Notes: a model not told the origin generated them from the sequence alone. A stretch of 64,000 nucleotides of DNA from Desulfobacterales bacterium (GCA_963668645.2 CAXXWC010000021.1:1-64000); one strand, 5' to 3'; positions 19,589-29,795 are shown, counted from the first letter of the stretch. Numbers and translations: made by a program.

Positions 19589-20839
19589 TTATGCCACCTC
19601 CCTCGGGTCGGTAAGATAGCCGGTAATGGCAGAAGCCGTGGCGGTCGCCGGGCTGGCCAGGTAAATGGAAGCCGTGGCATTGCCCATGCGGCCCTTGAAA
19701 TTGCGGTTCTGGGTCGAAACGACGACTTCTCCGTCGGCCGGAATCCCCTCGTGAACGCCCATGCACGGTCCGCAGTTGGGCGCCATAACCATCGCTCCGG
19801 CATCGGCCAGCGCCGTTAACGTGCCGTCTTTGCTGCATTCCAGATAAACCCGGCGGGAATTGGGAATTACCACCACTCTTACATCGGGGGAAAATTTCCT
19901 GCCTTTCAATAAAGAGGCGGCGATGTGCATATCCTCGGTACGGCCGTTGGTGCAACTGCCGATAAAGACCAAGTCCACTTTCAAATTTTTGATGTCCGAA
20001 ACCGGGGCGGAATTTTCAACGTAATGCGGTTTGGCGACCATGGGGGGGATTTTGGATGCGTCGATTTCGATTGTTTTTTCGTAGACAGCGTCATCGTCCG
20101 CAACGATCGGGGAAAAATCCTCTTCGCGTCCCATTTTTTTAAGAAACGCTCGCGTCTCATTGTCGGTTCCCATGACAGCCGCCTTGGCACCGGCTTCGAC
20201 TCCCATGTTTGAAATCGTAAAACGCGCATCCATACTCATGTTCGCGATCGTTGTTCCGCCGAACTCCAGTGCCTTGTATATGGCTCCCTCGGATCCGATT
20301 TCGCCCAGCAGCTTCAAAAAGATATCCTTCGAGTAGACCCCCGCCGGCAGCTTGCCGTCCACCTGGACCCGGAAGCTTGCCGGAACTTTCAGCCAGGTGC
20401 GCCCCAGGTGCAAAATTGCCAGCATGTCCGTAGAGCCCATCCCGGTGGAAAATGCGCCCAACGCCCCATGGGTCGTGGTATGGGAATCACCAGCTACGAT
20501 AATGTCTCCGCACTTAACATAATTTTCCAGCAGATGTGTATGGATGTTGCCCGTGCCCCCTTCATGCCAGTAGCACCCTTTTTTGTTGGCAAAGTCACGC
20601 AGCAGCTTATGTTCGTTTGCCAGCTCCCGTTTGGGCGTCGGGCCGAATTCGGTACAGAACATGACCCGTTTGGGGTCGAAAACGCCGTCCCATTTCATTT
20701 TGTCCATCAACCGCAGCGCAAGCGGCCCGGACCCGTCGTGAAGCGCCACAAAATCCAGATCAACGACGACCGTTTCTCCGGCGGTTACAGTTCGACCGAC
20801 TTTCTTACTGATTATTTTTTCAACCAACGTTTCTCCCAT
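19589..20839 (-). CDS. Aconitase-family dehydratase large subunit (LeuC/HacA/DmdA type), atypical active site
   Basis: HDG, GDSHTTTHGA, IGSCTNGR, CGPCMG, NRNFKGRMG, YLASP. Confidence 0.9.
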   Translation of the reverse strand: MGETLVEKIISKKVGRTVTAGETVVVDLDFVALHDGSGPLALRLMDKMKWDGVFDPKRVMFCTEFGPTPKRELANEHKLLRDFANKKGCYWHEGGTGNIHTHLLENYVKCGDIIVAGDSHTTTHGALGAFSTGMGSTDMLAILHLGRTWLKVPASFRVQVDGKLPAGVYSKDIFLKLLGEIGSEGAIYKALEFGGTTIANMSMDARFTISNMGVEAGAKAAVMGTDNETRAFLKKMGREEDFSPIVADDDAVYEKTIEIDASKIPPMVAKPHYVENSAPVSDIKNLKVDLVFIGSCTNGRTEDMHIAASLLKGRKFSPDVRVVVIPNSRRVYLECSKDGTLTALADAGAMVMAPNCGPCMGVHEGIPADGEVVVSTQNRNFKGRMGNATASIYLASPATATASAITGYLTDPREVA

Positions 20840-20915
20840 CCGATCTTCCTCCGCAACTGTATCAATTGGCTTCTACAAAGTGTCTGATGCTGTTCATTCC
20901 TGAAGTTTGTTGTGT

Positions 20916-20932
20916 ACCAAGAAATATGCCAA
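20916..20932 (-). promoter_or_regulatory. Probable sigma54 promoter of the leuC-like operon (non-consensus -12)
   Basis: Minus strand TTGGCATATTTCTTGGT; good -24 box and correct spacing, but GG instead of GC at -12; faces a divergent sigma54 activator gene. Confidence 0.55.
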
Positions 20933-21004
20933 CGTTGAATATATACGTAACATGCTGTAGTTACTTAGCAAAATGCGATGTCCGGCCAAGCCCTCGTTTT
21001 TTTA

Positions 21005-21044
21005 TTTTGCATATGCGAAAAATTTATGTTCCGTTATTGAAACA
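21005..21044. promoter_or_regulatory. Candidate PrpR-type enhancer sites
   Basis: Imperfect palindromes TTTTGCATATGCGAAA and TGTTCCGTTATTGAAACA, about 75-110 bp upstream of the -24 box. Confidence 0.45.
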
Positions 21045-21088
21045 TGGTTGGCAAAGACGACAACAAAGGGCAAAAAATGGTAAAGAAT

Positions 21089-23017
21089 ATGGAAACAGTT
21101 AAAATCGGCTTGATCTCTCCAAACCTCGGATTTATTCGCGCTGCCAAACAGGTCGCCGGCGATCTGGGCTACCATATAGAAACGGCTCTGGCGTATCCTG
21201 AAGATTTGCCCAGGGAAGCCCAGAAAATGGAGGAGCGCGGCGTGGAGGTGCTCGTCAGCCGCCGGGGAACCGCCTGTTTTTTGCAGAAAATTCTGAAATT
21301 GAAATTGCCCGTGCTGTCGGTGCTCCTGACCTCGTTTGATCTTTTTTGCGACATCCGGCGGGCCAAGCTTTTTGGAACCCGCATGCTCATTCCGACCCTG
21401 CATCATAAGATTGAAGAAATAGATAAAATTCAAAAGATGCTGAATGTCGAAATTATCTGTGCCAGCTTCAAGACTCAAAATGAACTTGAACAAATCATTC
21501 AGCAGGGTAAAAAGGACGGATGCCAGGTTGCCATCGGAGGCGAGCATTGTATTAAAATTGCACGCCGTTACGGATTGCATGGCGTGGAGATCCGAACAAG
21601 CCCGGAAGGAATTGCCGTCGCCTTTAAAGATGCGGAGTCCATCGCGCTGTCCCGGCGGGAAGAAAGAGCCCGCAGCCAGCTTTACAGAACGATTATCGAT
21701 ACGATGAGTTGTGGCATTGTCGCCGTTGACAGGAAAGGATATATTACCGCCGTCAACCTGATGGCAAAATCTTCACTCAACCTGAACAATAAATCCTTGG
21801 AAGGATGCCATATCCGAGATGTTTCGTCTCTCGAAACAATCTTGGAATCCATGGATAGTGAAAGACCGCTTTTGCACGAAATCGGAACGGTAAGCAAGGA
21901 TCGCCTCGTGCTGAACTACTTGCCGGTGAAGGTAGACAGTAACGTCGTCGGCGGCATTATTACCTTCCGCAGCCTTTCCAATGTCATGAGAAGCGAAAGA
22001 GAGGTCCGCCAAAACCTCACAAAACGAATGGTCGCCAAATACACCATCGAAGAGTTCGCTTACGGAGACAGTAAGAGCAAAAAAATAATTCGAAATATCA
22101 AGGAATTCGCTCCCAACGATTCAACCGTCTTGATCATGGGGCCCACCGGAACAGGCAAGGAGATCGTTGCCAGCAGCATCCACAATCTGAGCCTGCGACG
22201 GGACGGTCCATTTGTTTCCGTCAACTGCTGCTCTTTGCCGGAACAGCTTCTGGAAAGTGAACTGTTCGGCTACGAGGAAGGGGCGTTCACCGGATCCCGC
22301 CGCGGGGGGAAGCCGGGGCTTTTCGAGCTGGCGCATAAGGGAACGATATTTCTGGACGAAATCGGAGGGACACCGCTGAATCTGCAAAGCAGCCTGTTGA
22401 GAATTCTCCAGGAAAGAGAGGTGCGGCGCATCGGCGGAGACTGCTTTATTCCGATTGATATCAGGGTGATCGCGGCAACCAACCTGGACTTGAGCCGCGA
22501 GGTGGCTGAAGGCCGTTTCCGGGAAGATCTTTTCTATCGACTCAACGTACTGATAATTCATATTCCTGCCTTAAAAGATCGACTGGAGGATATCCCGGAA
22601 CTGGTTAATCGTCTTCTTAACCGTATTGCCAGTGAACACAGTTTGCCCCCTTTTCAAATACCCGTTAACTTTATTGACCGCCTCTGCCGTTTGTCGTGGC
22701 CCGGCAATGTCCGGCAACTGGCCAACTTTCTGGAACGCCTGAGTATTCTTTCCAAGGGTGATTTTTCACCTCAAATTTTTCAAGAACTGTATGAAGAAAT
22801 AAGACTGCATTCAGAAATTCAGGAACATAAACTAACCGGCGAAAAAAAATGTGAAGATACCGATTTAAAGTTTAATTCCAAGATTGAAGAATTTCGTTTA
22901 ATCCGGCAGGTACTGGAAGAGATGGACTATGACAAGGGTCTTGCAGCCGAAAGGCTGGGTGTCAGCCGAACCACCCTTTGGCGGAAGATAAAGGCGATGC
23001 AATCAATCGAAAAATGA
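21089..23017 (+). CDS. PrpR-like sigma54 activator (PrpR_N-PAS-AAA+-HTH)
   Basis: N-terminal VLVSRRGTA / VAIGG PrpR_N-like region, PAS-like segment, GPTGTGKE, ESELFGYEEGAFTGS, WPGNVRQL, LGVSRTTLWRK. Start could be 21044, 21077 or 21089. Confidence 0.9.
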   Translation: METVKIGLISPNLGFIRAAKQVAGDLGYHIETALAYPEDLPREAQKMEERGVEVLVSRRGTACFLQKILKLKLPVLSVLLTSFDLFCDIRRAKLFGTRMLIPTLHHKIEEIDKIQKMLNVEIICASFKTQNELEQIIQQGKKDGCQVAIGGEHCIKIARRYGLHGVEIRTSPEGIAVAFKDAESIALSRREERARSQLYRTIIDTMSCGIVAVDRKGYITAVNLMAKSSLNLNNKSLEGCHIRDVSSLETILESMDSERPLLHEIGTVSKDRLVLNYLPVKVDSNVVGGIITFRSLSNVMRSEREVRQNLTKRMVAKYTIEEFAYGDSKSKKIIRNIKEFAPNDSTVLIMGPTGTGKEIVASSIHNLSLRRDGPFVSVNCCSLPEQLLESELFGYEEGAFTGSRRGGKPGLFELAHKGTIFLDEIGGTPLNLQSSLLRILQEREVRRIGGDCFIPIDIRVIAATNLDLSREVAEGRFREDLFYRLNVLIIHIPALKDRLEDIPELVNRLLNRIASEHSLPPFQIPVNFIDRLCRLSWPGNVRQLANFLERLSILSKGDFSPQIFQELYEEIRLHSEIQEHKLTGEKKCEDTDLKFNSKIEEFRLIRQVLEEMDYDKGLAAERLGVSRTTLWRKIKAMQSIEK

Positions 23018-23216
23018 TCCCCCACCCGTCGCTGTCGGAAGCGACTTCGATCCGGCTTTGTTCATGTGCAAATTACAATCGGCGGTACATCAAAACGGTT
23101 GCCCGGTGCTTAACTATATACTATAAGTTTTTTTTCTTATCCGGCAGGCCGTCGCAGTGCAACGGAAGACGACCGGCTTGAAAAACGCCAACCGGTTTAA
23201 TTTAAAGGAGTCCGTG

Positions 23217-24497
23217 ATGTTTCAGAAACTGGCGGCGGTTCTCATCTCCGCCCTCTTCTTTCTTGTTCCGGCCCAGACTTGGGCAAGCGGATTTTTCACG
23301 AGTGACCAGGGCGCCAAAACCACGTCCATGGGAGCGGCCACCGTGGCCTGTATCGACGACGCCACCGCGGTCTATTTCAATCCGGCCGCTCTGACCGAGA
23401 TGGACGGCGTCGAGGCCGCCATGGGGTTTACAACCTATTACATCACGGGCAAATTCAAAAGCGACAGCGGGGCCGACGCCTCTCTCGAGGAGGGCCTGGC
23501 GGCCCTGCCCCATTTTTACGCGCGCGCAAAGGCCACCGATCGGCTGGCCTTCGGGCTGGCCACTTACAGCGATTTCGGCCTGCAAACCGACTGGGAAGAC
23601 AACTGGGAAGGGCGTTTCATGACCGGTGCGACCTTCGGCGAGACCCAAACGATCAGCATCAATCCGGTGGTCGCCTGGAAGGTGAGCCCGGCTCTGAGCA
23701 TCGCGGCCGGGCCGGTGATACGCTACATGAGCGTCGATCTGAAAAACCGTGTGCCGAACCTGCTCGGCGCCCTGGGCATCCTGCCCGCCGTGGCCGAGAC
23801 CGGCATGGAGATCGAGGGCGACGACTGGGCCTACGGTTACAGCCTGGCCCTGATGGCCCACCTCACCGACCGGCTCAGCCTGGGCGTGACCTACAAGAGC
23901 GAAACCCGTCATGAACTGACAGGGGATTTCAGCATCGACAACGACGGGCTCAACGGCTATTCCGATTCATCCGTCACGGCCCGGATCACCCTGCCCGCGT
24001 ATGCCGACGTCGGCCTGGCCTGGACCCAGGGCAAATGGACCCTGGCCGGGGCCGTGCTCTGGACCCAGTGGTCGTCCTACGATCAACTGAGCGTCAACTT
24101 CGGTACGACCCAAGGGGTGCCGGGCGTCAACGCCGTCGACGGGATGACGATGAAAACCCGCTGGGACGACACCTTTACCTTCAAGCTCGGGGCCGAATAC
24201 GCCCTGACGCCGCAATGGGATCTGCGCTGCGGAGTTCTCTACGACCCCAGCCCGGTGCCGGACGATACCCTCGACCCGCTGGTTCCCACCGGCGACCGCC
24301 TCGATTTTACCCTGGGTTTCGGCTATACCCGCGGCGCCTTGAAAGTTGACGTGGCCTACCTGTTGATAAACGATGAGGGCCGGCGCTTCGACAATGCCGT
24401 GGGGGATTTCACCGCCTGGGGCATGTCCCGCATCACCGGCGAGTTCGACGACTTCACCACCCATGCCCTGGCCGTAAGCGTCAGTTACAGCTTTTAA
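23217..24497 (+). CDS. FadL/OmpP1/TodX outer-membrane transporter for hydrophobic compounds
   Basis: Signal peptide, SGF...MGAA...DDATAVYFNPA hatch motif, YDPSPVP, C-terminal YSF; AAGGAG RBS. Confidence 0.9.
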   Translation: MFQKLAAVLISALFFLVPAQTWASGFFTSDQGAKTTSMGAATVACIDDATAVYFNPAALTEMDGVEAAMGFTTYYITGKFKSDSGADASLEEGLAALPHFYARAKATDRLAFGLATYSDFGLQTDWEDNWEGRFMTGATFGETQTISINPVVAWKVSPALSIAAGPVIRYMSVDLKNRVPNLLGALGILPAVAETGMEIEGDDWAYGYSLALMAHLTDRLSLGVTYKSETRHELTGDFSIDNDGLNGYSDSSVTARITLPAYADVGLAWTQGKWTLAGAVLWTQWSSYDQLSVNFGTTQGVPGVNAVDGMTMKTRWDDTFTFKLGAEYALTPQWDLRCGVLYDPSPVPDDTLDPLVPTGDRLDFTLGFGYTRGALKVDVAYLLINDEGRRFDNAVGDFTAWGMSRITGEFDDFTTHALAVSVSYSF

Positions 24498-24526
24498 CTT
24501 TTTAACGGCTTCAAGTCCGGCGGCCT

Positions 24527-25225
24527 TCAGCCAAGCTGCATCATCGAATGCCAGCGGTCGTATTCGGTTTTAACAGGCAGCCCGCGCGCTTGCAGGATCC
24601 GGATCAGGACCGGATCGTTGAAGCGCAGGTAAGGATTGACCCGCAGTTCGTCCGCCAGCGTGGAAACCACATGGGCAGGATCGTAGCGCGCCAGGTAACG
24701 GTCGATCTGCGGATTGTCCTTTTCCAGGCTCCGAGCAAAGATCATGGACTCACGGACATAGTCGTGACCGCCATAGATCAGGGTCTGCGGCCCAAAGGAG
24801 ATCAGAAAACGGATCGATTCGAAAAAAGATTTCAGATCCCCTGAAAAGCAGTTGCCCACCGTGCCGTTAAAGAGCGTATCGCCGGTGATCAGGGCATCGC
24901 CGGTGTGGAACGTCACACAGTCGGGCATATGCCCCGGCGTCTTGTAAACCCGCAGCCTTTCCTTGCCCAGTACGATTTCGGCACCGTGCGCCAGATCCCG
25001 GCAGTCGAGGAATTCGGCCCGGGTGCGGCGCAGCAGATCGTCGTTTCCCGAGGTGTGGTCGTAGTGGGTGTGGGTATTGGTCACGTAGCGGATGCGAAGG
25101 GCCCGGGTTTGGGCGAAGGCCAGCATCGGCGCCACGGCGCCTCCATCGACGGCCACCGCCTCGCGGCCCTGGTAGACCAGATAGCCCAGATTGTCCGATG
25201 AATATCTGAATTGCCTGATGTCCAT
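24527..25225 (-). CDS. Hydroxyacylglutathione hydrolase (glyoxalase II)-like MBL-fold hydrolase
   Basis: DNLGYLV, THTHYDH, TPGH, TGDTLF, GHDY, STLADE..VNPYLR. Confidence 0.85.
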   Translation of the reverse strand: MDIRQFRYSSDNLGYLVYQGREAVAVDGGAVAPMLAFAQTRALRIRYVTNTHTHYDHTSGNDDLLRRTRAEFLDCRDLAHGAEIVLGKERLRVYKTPGHMPDCVTFHTGDALITGDTLFNGTVGNCFSGDLKSFFESIRFLISFGPQTLIYGGHDYVRESMIFARSLEKDNPQIDRYLARYDPAHVVSTLADELRVNPYLRFNDPVLIRILQARGLPVKTEYDRWHSMMQLG

Positions 25226-25300
25226 ACCCCGTCCTGCAGGCGCCGGCCCCCCGATGGATCTCCAGTGGCGGGCCGGCCGCCGAATAAGCCTGAATCCAGC

Positions 25301-27043
25301 TCAGGCCTTGTCCCAGCCGCCGCCGGCGCGCGCCCGGTCGATGGCCTGGCCTGCCTGGTCCTTGAGCAGCATGTAGTCGGTCTTGGCCACCCGGTTGAGC
25401 GGCATTGCGCCCGATTCCATAATCACGTAGAGCGAAGGGCGCATGTAGGCGGCAATCCCTTTGGCGTGGGCATCGAGCTCAGCCTCGGTCAGTTCCACCC
25501 CCGGCCGCTTTTCCACGAAGAGCACCACCCCCTCGGTAAACAGGTCGTGGGGCTGGCCCACCGCCGCGGCCGAGGCCACCTTGGTGGACAGGGCGCAAAA
25601 ATGGTCCTCGATCTGGGCCGGATGGACCTGGTAGCCCTTTGACTTGATCACCAGCTTCGAACGCCCGGAAAAGTGCAACCCCTTTTCGTCCTTGTATCCC
25701 AGGTCTCCCGTGTAGCAGATCCCCTCGCGCGAAACGGTCCGCCGATAGGCTGCATCGTTGTTCACGTAAGCGATAAAGACCTGGGGACCGGAAAAACAGA
25801 TCTCGCCGACCTGCCCGTCGGGCAGCTCCTCGCCGGCCGTGCCGTCGTCGCCCATGGGCCGGCGGATCGACAGGGGGCTGATCGGCATGTCGTAGCCCAC
25901 GCTGGCCAGGATATCGTCCACCGTGCCGTCCAGGGGCGAATAGGTGCAAAAACCGCCCAGTTCGGTGAGCCCCAGGCCGGTGCCGAACTTGGGCGCCATG
26001 CGCGCGAGCTGCTCGAGAAACTGGCGCGGCACCTGCTGTCCGCCGTAGAGGGCGAACTCCAGCGAAGACAGGTCGAAGTCGTGGTAGTTGGGCAGGCGCC
26101 ACTCCATGGCGAAAAGAGCCGGGATCTGTCCGAAGCAGTTGACCCGGTAATCCTGGATCGCCAGCAGGGACTTTTCCGGATCGAAGATGGGCAGCACGAC
26201 CACCGTGCCGCCCCAGAAAAAGGGGGTCATGAGCTGCTCGGCCTGGCCGCCGACGTGGGACGGCGGCAGGTTGACCAGCATGCGCGCACCCTCCATGATG
26301 CCGAAGGCGCCTCCCAGGCACATGTTCTGGACACTGATGTTGCGGTGCGATAAAAGGGCCGGCTTGGGCATGCCGGTGGAGCCGGTGGTGTAGATCACCT
26401 GGGCTCCGTCGTTTTCGCCCACCGCGGCGGTGGCAGCCTGGTAGGCATCGAGATGATGGGCCTGGCCCGGATCGGAAAGAGCCGCAAAGGCCTCTTCGGC
26501 CGCCTCCTGGGCCAGGGTGGCGGCCGGGATGGCAAAATCGAGGGGCTCTTCTTCAGGCGGTGAAAACTGGATGAAGATCTCCACGAACGGGCAGTTTTCC
26601 TTTACCGCCCGGCCCAGGGCGGAAAAATCGGCCACCGGGGTCCGGCCGAGGAAGGCAAACCCCCTGGCCCGGACCAGCGAGAGGCAGCGGATCACCTCAG
26701 GCGCCTTGAGGCGCAGGTCCAGCGGTGTGTGGACCACCCCGGTCTTGAAACAGGCGTATTGGAGAAAGATGTGCTCGGGCAAAAACGGCAGGGAGGTGGC
26801 CAGAAAATCACCCTTGCCAAAGCCGAGCCGGAGCAGCTTGAGGGCCAGAGCCGAGGTGATCTGTTCGAACTGCTGGTAGGTGTACTCTTTTGGGGTCCCG
26901 GCGTCGATGATCGCCAGGGTCCGGGGAGTCTCGGCGGCCCATTTGGCGATGATACCGTGCAGCAGGTGCCGGTCGGCATAATCTTTTTCGTAGTGGTTTA
27001 GAGTGTACTGCGGAACGCCGTTGCGATAGGTCAATTCGGTCAT
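25301..27043 (-). CDS. Acyl-CoA synthetase (class I adenylate-forming enzyme)
   Basis: YTTGSTGMPK, GLTE, YTGDLG, GRSK..I, C-terminal catalytic Lys in NRVAKTD. Confidence 0.9.
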   Translation of the reverse strand: MTELTYRNGVPQYTLNHYEKDYADRHLLHGIIAKWAAETPRTLAIIDAGTPKEYTYQQFEQITSALALKLLRLGFGKGDFLATSLPFLPEHIFLQYACFKTGVVHTPLDLRLKAPEVIRCLSLVRARGFAFLGRTPVADFSALGRAVKENCPFVEIFIQFSPPEEEPLDFAIPAATLAQEAAEEAFAALSDPGQAHHLDAYQAATAAVGENDGAQVIYTTGSTGMPKPALLSHRNISVQNMCLGGAFGIMEGARMLVNLPPSHVGGQAEQLMTPFFWGGTVVVLPIFDPEKSLLAIQDYRVNCFGQIPALFAMEWRLPNYHDFDLSSLEFALYGGQQVPRQFLEQLARMAPKFGTGLGLTELGGFCTYSPLDGTVDDILASVGYDMPISPLSIRRPMGDDGTAGEELPDGQVGEICFSGPQVFIAYVNNDAAYRRTVSREGICYTGDLGYKDEKGLHFSGRSKLVIKSKGYQVHPAQIEDHFCALSTKVASAAAVGQPHDLFTEGVVLFVEKRPGVELTEAELDAHAKGIAAYMRPSLYVIMESGAMPLNRVAKTDYMLLKDQAGQAIDRARAGGGWDKA

Positions 27044-27170
27044 GGACGGTCTCCTTTGTTTGGACGTTCACGGCCTGTTTTATGGCCCTGTCGGCTCCGG
27101 CGGCCCGCCGGCCAGGCTGGCGCAAAGCTATTTTCAAAGCGCCTGAAGGTCTGTAAGTGCCTTTGTTCGA

Positions 27171-28103
27171 CTATTCCTTCTGGACGGATCTCAAAAAGCC
27201 GATCAGCCTTCCCGGATCCAGATACTCAGTCATCACCACCCGTTCGATCCCGGCCAGTTCATCCTTGAAATTTTCGATGACCACCGGGTTGTCCGTGACA
27301 AAACCGCTCAACTTTCCGCTCCTTTTGCCCTGAAAACGGTGGGGAGGAAGGCTGGTCAACAAAAATCTGTCTTTTTCCCCTGACTGGGCGGGCATCTTGA
27401 GAACGAAACTGAAAGTCGGGCAGGATTCGACCAGCCGAAAATGCCAGTTGGCAAATCGTTCCACGAATTCGATGACGGTGTTGATATGCTTGATGCGCCA
27501 CTGCCTCTCGACCGGATCGCCGCAGTATCTGATGTAATTATGAAGGCACTCCGGGCAGATATATACATCTATGGGGTGACTGGCGAGGTTGGCCTCAACG
27601 GCCTTGCGCCTCTCGCGGCCGATGGCTTCGACCAATTCATTGTAAATCCCATGCATCACCGCCAATCTTTCTTCGGAGTGCTTGCGGTGGCCTTCGGATC
27701 TCAGCCCGTTCGGCGGTTCGGTACTGACCAGAACGTGGCGGCCCGGGATGCGTTCGGTGGCGAGCATCATCAGGTCGAGGGCGTACCTGTCCCTGACCGG
27801 TAGAAGGGCCGAGGAGAAGCCCCCTTTTTCGGCGGTTTTCAAGAAGATGGGAATGTCGTCTTCGGTCAGCGCGGCCCGGTCGAAAATCGTCAGCATGCGA
27901 TCGGTTTCAGCAAGATCAAGATTGAAGGCGACGGCGAGGGAAATCAATTTCTCACGGGCAACGTTGGCAATGATGCCCCTTTCCAGGTCCCGGATATAGG
28001 TGTTGGTCAGACCGGAAATGGCCGCCACCTGGTTGCGCGGCATCGGGCTTCGCATCAGCAGTGTTTTGATATACGCCGCGCTGGCCTCTTTTCTGTTCAC
28101 CAT
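27171..28103 (-). CDS. XRE-type HTH protein with unrecognised C-terminal domain
   Basis: N-terminal RNQVAAISGLTNTYIRDLERG HTH pattern. Confidence 0.7.
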   Translation of the reverse strand: MVNRKEASAAYIKTLLMRSPMPRNQVAAISGLTNTYIRDLERGIIANVAREKLISLAVAFNLDLAETDRMLTIFDRAALTEDDIPIFLKTAEKGGFSSALLPVRDRYALDLMMLATERIPGRHVLVSTEPPNGLRSEGHRKHSEERLAVMHGIYNELVEAIGRERRKAVEANLASHPIDVYICPECLHNYIRYCGDPVERQWRIKHINTVIEFVERFANWHFRLVESCPTFSFVLKMPAQSGEKDRFLLTSLPPHRFQGKRSGKLSGFVTDNPVVIENFKDELAGIERVVMTEYLDPGRLIGFLRSVQKE

Positions 28104-28354
28104 CCAAAAAACTCCTTTTCGAATCGCTCACCTTCCCCGAACGCCGAATCCGGCCCAACCAACTCTCGTCGCATCGACCGGGTGCAGCCGTTCTTCACGA
28201 CCTTAAACCAAATCCCATCCGGTTGCGTCAAGATCTTTTAAGGTCCTGTTTTAGGGATGTTATCAGTCTCCAGAACCGCAGCGGAGACGAAGCCCGAGGC
28301 GGCCCGATCAGGGGCATGAAGAGTAAGGTGCCGGAATCAATATATTATTTGTAT

Positions 28355-28396
28355 TTGACATATCATATATATATGCATGAATAAATAATATTGACA
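28355..28396 (+). promoter_or_regulatory. Sigma70-type promoter region with AT-rich palindromic operator
   Basis: TTGACA at 28355 and 28391 flank the palindrome CATATATATATG (28364-28375). Confidence 0.45.
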
Positions 28397-28512
28397 TGAC
28401 TTGATATTTTCGGTAGGAGCCATTCAAACGGCCTGACCTGCCAGCAGGCGCCTGTGACGATGGTGGTTCCATCCAGGGATAAAAGCCACAACCTTAATTC
28501 AAAGAATGTAAA

Positions 28513-29724
28513 ATGCTGAAGAATATCTATGATATCAAAGTAATCGATGCAAGCCACGCCGTCGCCGGCCCCACGGCCGGAATGATCCTCGCCGACATGG
28601 GCGCCCAAGTCATCAAACTGGAACATCCACATGGCGATCACTTCCGGCCGCTTCTGGGCGGGGCCTATTATGCTGCTGTCAACCGCAACAAACGGGGAAT
28701 TTCCATCGACCTGAAACACCCGGAAGGCAGGGCAGTGGCCGAGAAACTGGTCGAAGACGCCGACGTGCTGCTGGAAAGCTTCACCCCCGGAACCATGGAC
28801 AAACTGGGACTGGGCTATGAAGCGATCAAGAAGATCAATCCGCGAATCATCTACTGTTCCATCTCGGGCTTCGGCCAGGACGGCCCCTATCACCGGCTTC
28901 CCGGCTACGATGTCGTGGCCCAGGCCATGTGCGGCATCATGATGTGCACCGGAATGCCCGACGGGCCTCCGGTACGTATCGGTGCCTCCTGGATCGATAT
29001 GGGATCCGGCATGTACGCCGTCATAGGAATTCTCAAGGCACTCATAGACCGGGATCAGACCGGCTCGGGAACCCACATCGATATCAGCCTTCTCGATACG
29101 GCCCTTTCCTGGATGTCGCCTCTGGTGGCCCATTTTTCGATGTCCGGAAAGCTCCCGGCACGCAACGGTTCAGCCCTGGAAGCCTTTTCCCCCTACCAGG
29201 TCTTTTGCTGCAAGGACGGCTATGTTTTTATCGGTGCCTCGACCGATAGGTTCTGGAAAGCGCTCTGCCGCATCCTGGACCTCGAACATCTTATCGAAGA
29301 TCCAAGATTTGCCACCAATGCAGATCGCGTAGCAAACCGCCAGATTTTGACCGAACTGATCGAAACGGGCCTGGCCGGGGTGGCCCGCGACGCACTGGTT
29401 GAAAAGCTGCGGCAGGCAGGCCTGCCGTGCGGTCCGGTGTTCGATGTCGGCCAAATCGTGCAAGACCCGCATGTCGCCTGCCGGGAAGTCTTGTCGACCT
29501 GGGAACATCCCGAGTTCGGCAAGCTGACGCAGGTCAAGACACCGATTCGCCAGATGGACAAAATGCCGCCAATCCGCACCCCATCCCCTTTCCTGGGGCA
29601 GCACACCGTGGAGGTGCTCGCTGAACTTGGCTATAATCGGTCCGATATCGACACGCTTCTTCGAACCGGTGCGGCCATCGCCGCCAAACCGGTAACGGTC
29701 GATTCGGATAGCAAGGGTCGCTGA
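28513..29724 (+). CDS. Family III CoA-transferase (CaiB/BaiF)
   Basis: VAGP...LADMGAQVIKLE, NRNKRGISIDLK, ISGFGQDGP, GYD..AQA, catalytic Asp in WIDMGSG. Confidence 0.92.
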   Translation: MLKNIYDIKVIDASHAVAGPTAGMILADMGAQVIKLEHPHGDHFRPLLGGAYYAAVNRNKRGISIDLKHPEGRAVAEKLVEDADVLLESFTPGTMDKLGLGYEAIKKINPRIIYCSISGFGQDGPYHRLPGYDVVAQAMCGIMMCTGMPDGPPVRIGASWIDMGSGMYAVIGILKALIDRDQTGSGTHIDISLLDTALSWMSPLVAHFSMSGKLPARNGSALEAFSPYQVFCCKDGYVFIGASTDRFWKALCRILDLEHLIEDPRFATNADRVANRQILTELIETGLAGVARDALVEKLRQAGLPCGPVFDVGQIVQDPHVACREVLSTWEHPEFGKLTQVKTPIRQMDKMPPIRTPSPFLGQHTVEVLAELGYNRSDIDTLLRTGAAIAAKPVTVDSDSKGR

Positions 29725-29795
29725 CCATGGGCGCCAGCGGTCTTTTACAAAACAGGACGATTGCCGAAGGATCACACCACAAGGGGAGGAAAGAA

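Noticed and set aside
19082..20839. Annotation as leucine-biosynthesis leuC/leuD
   Set aside because: No leuA or leuB, catabolic context and altered active-site motifs; gene symbols withheld.
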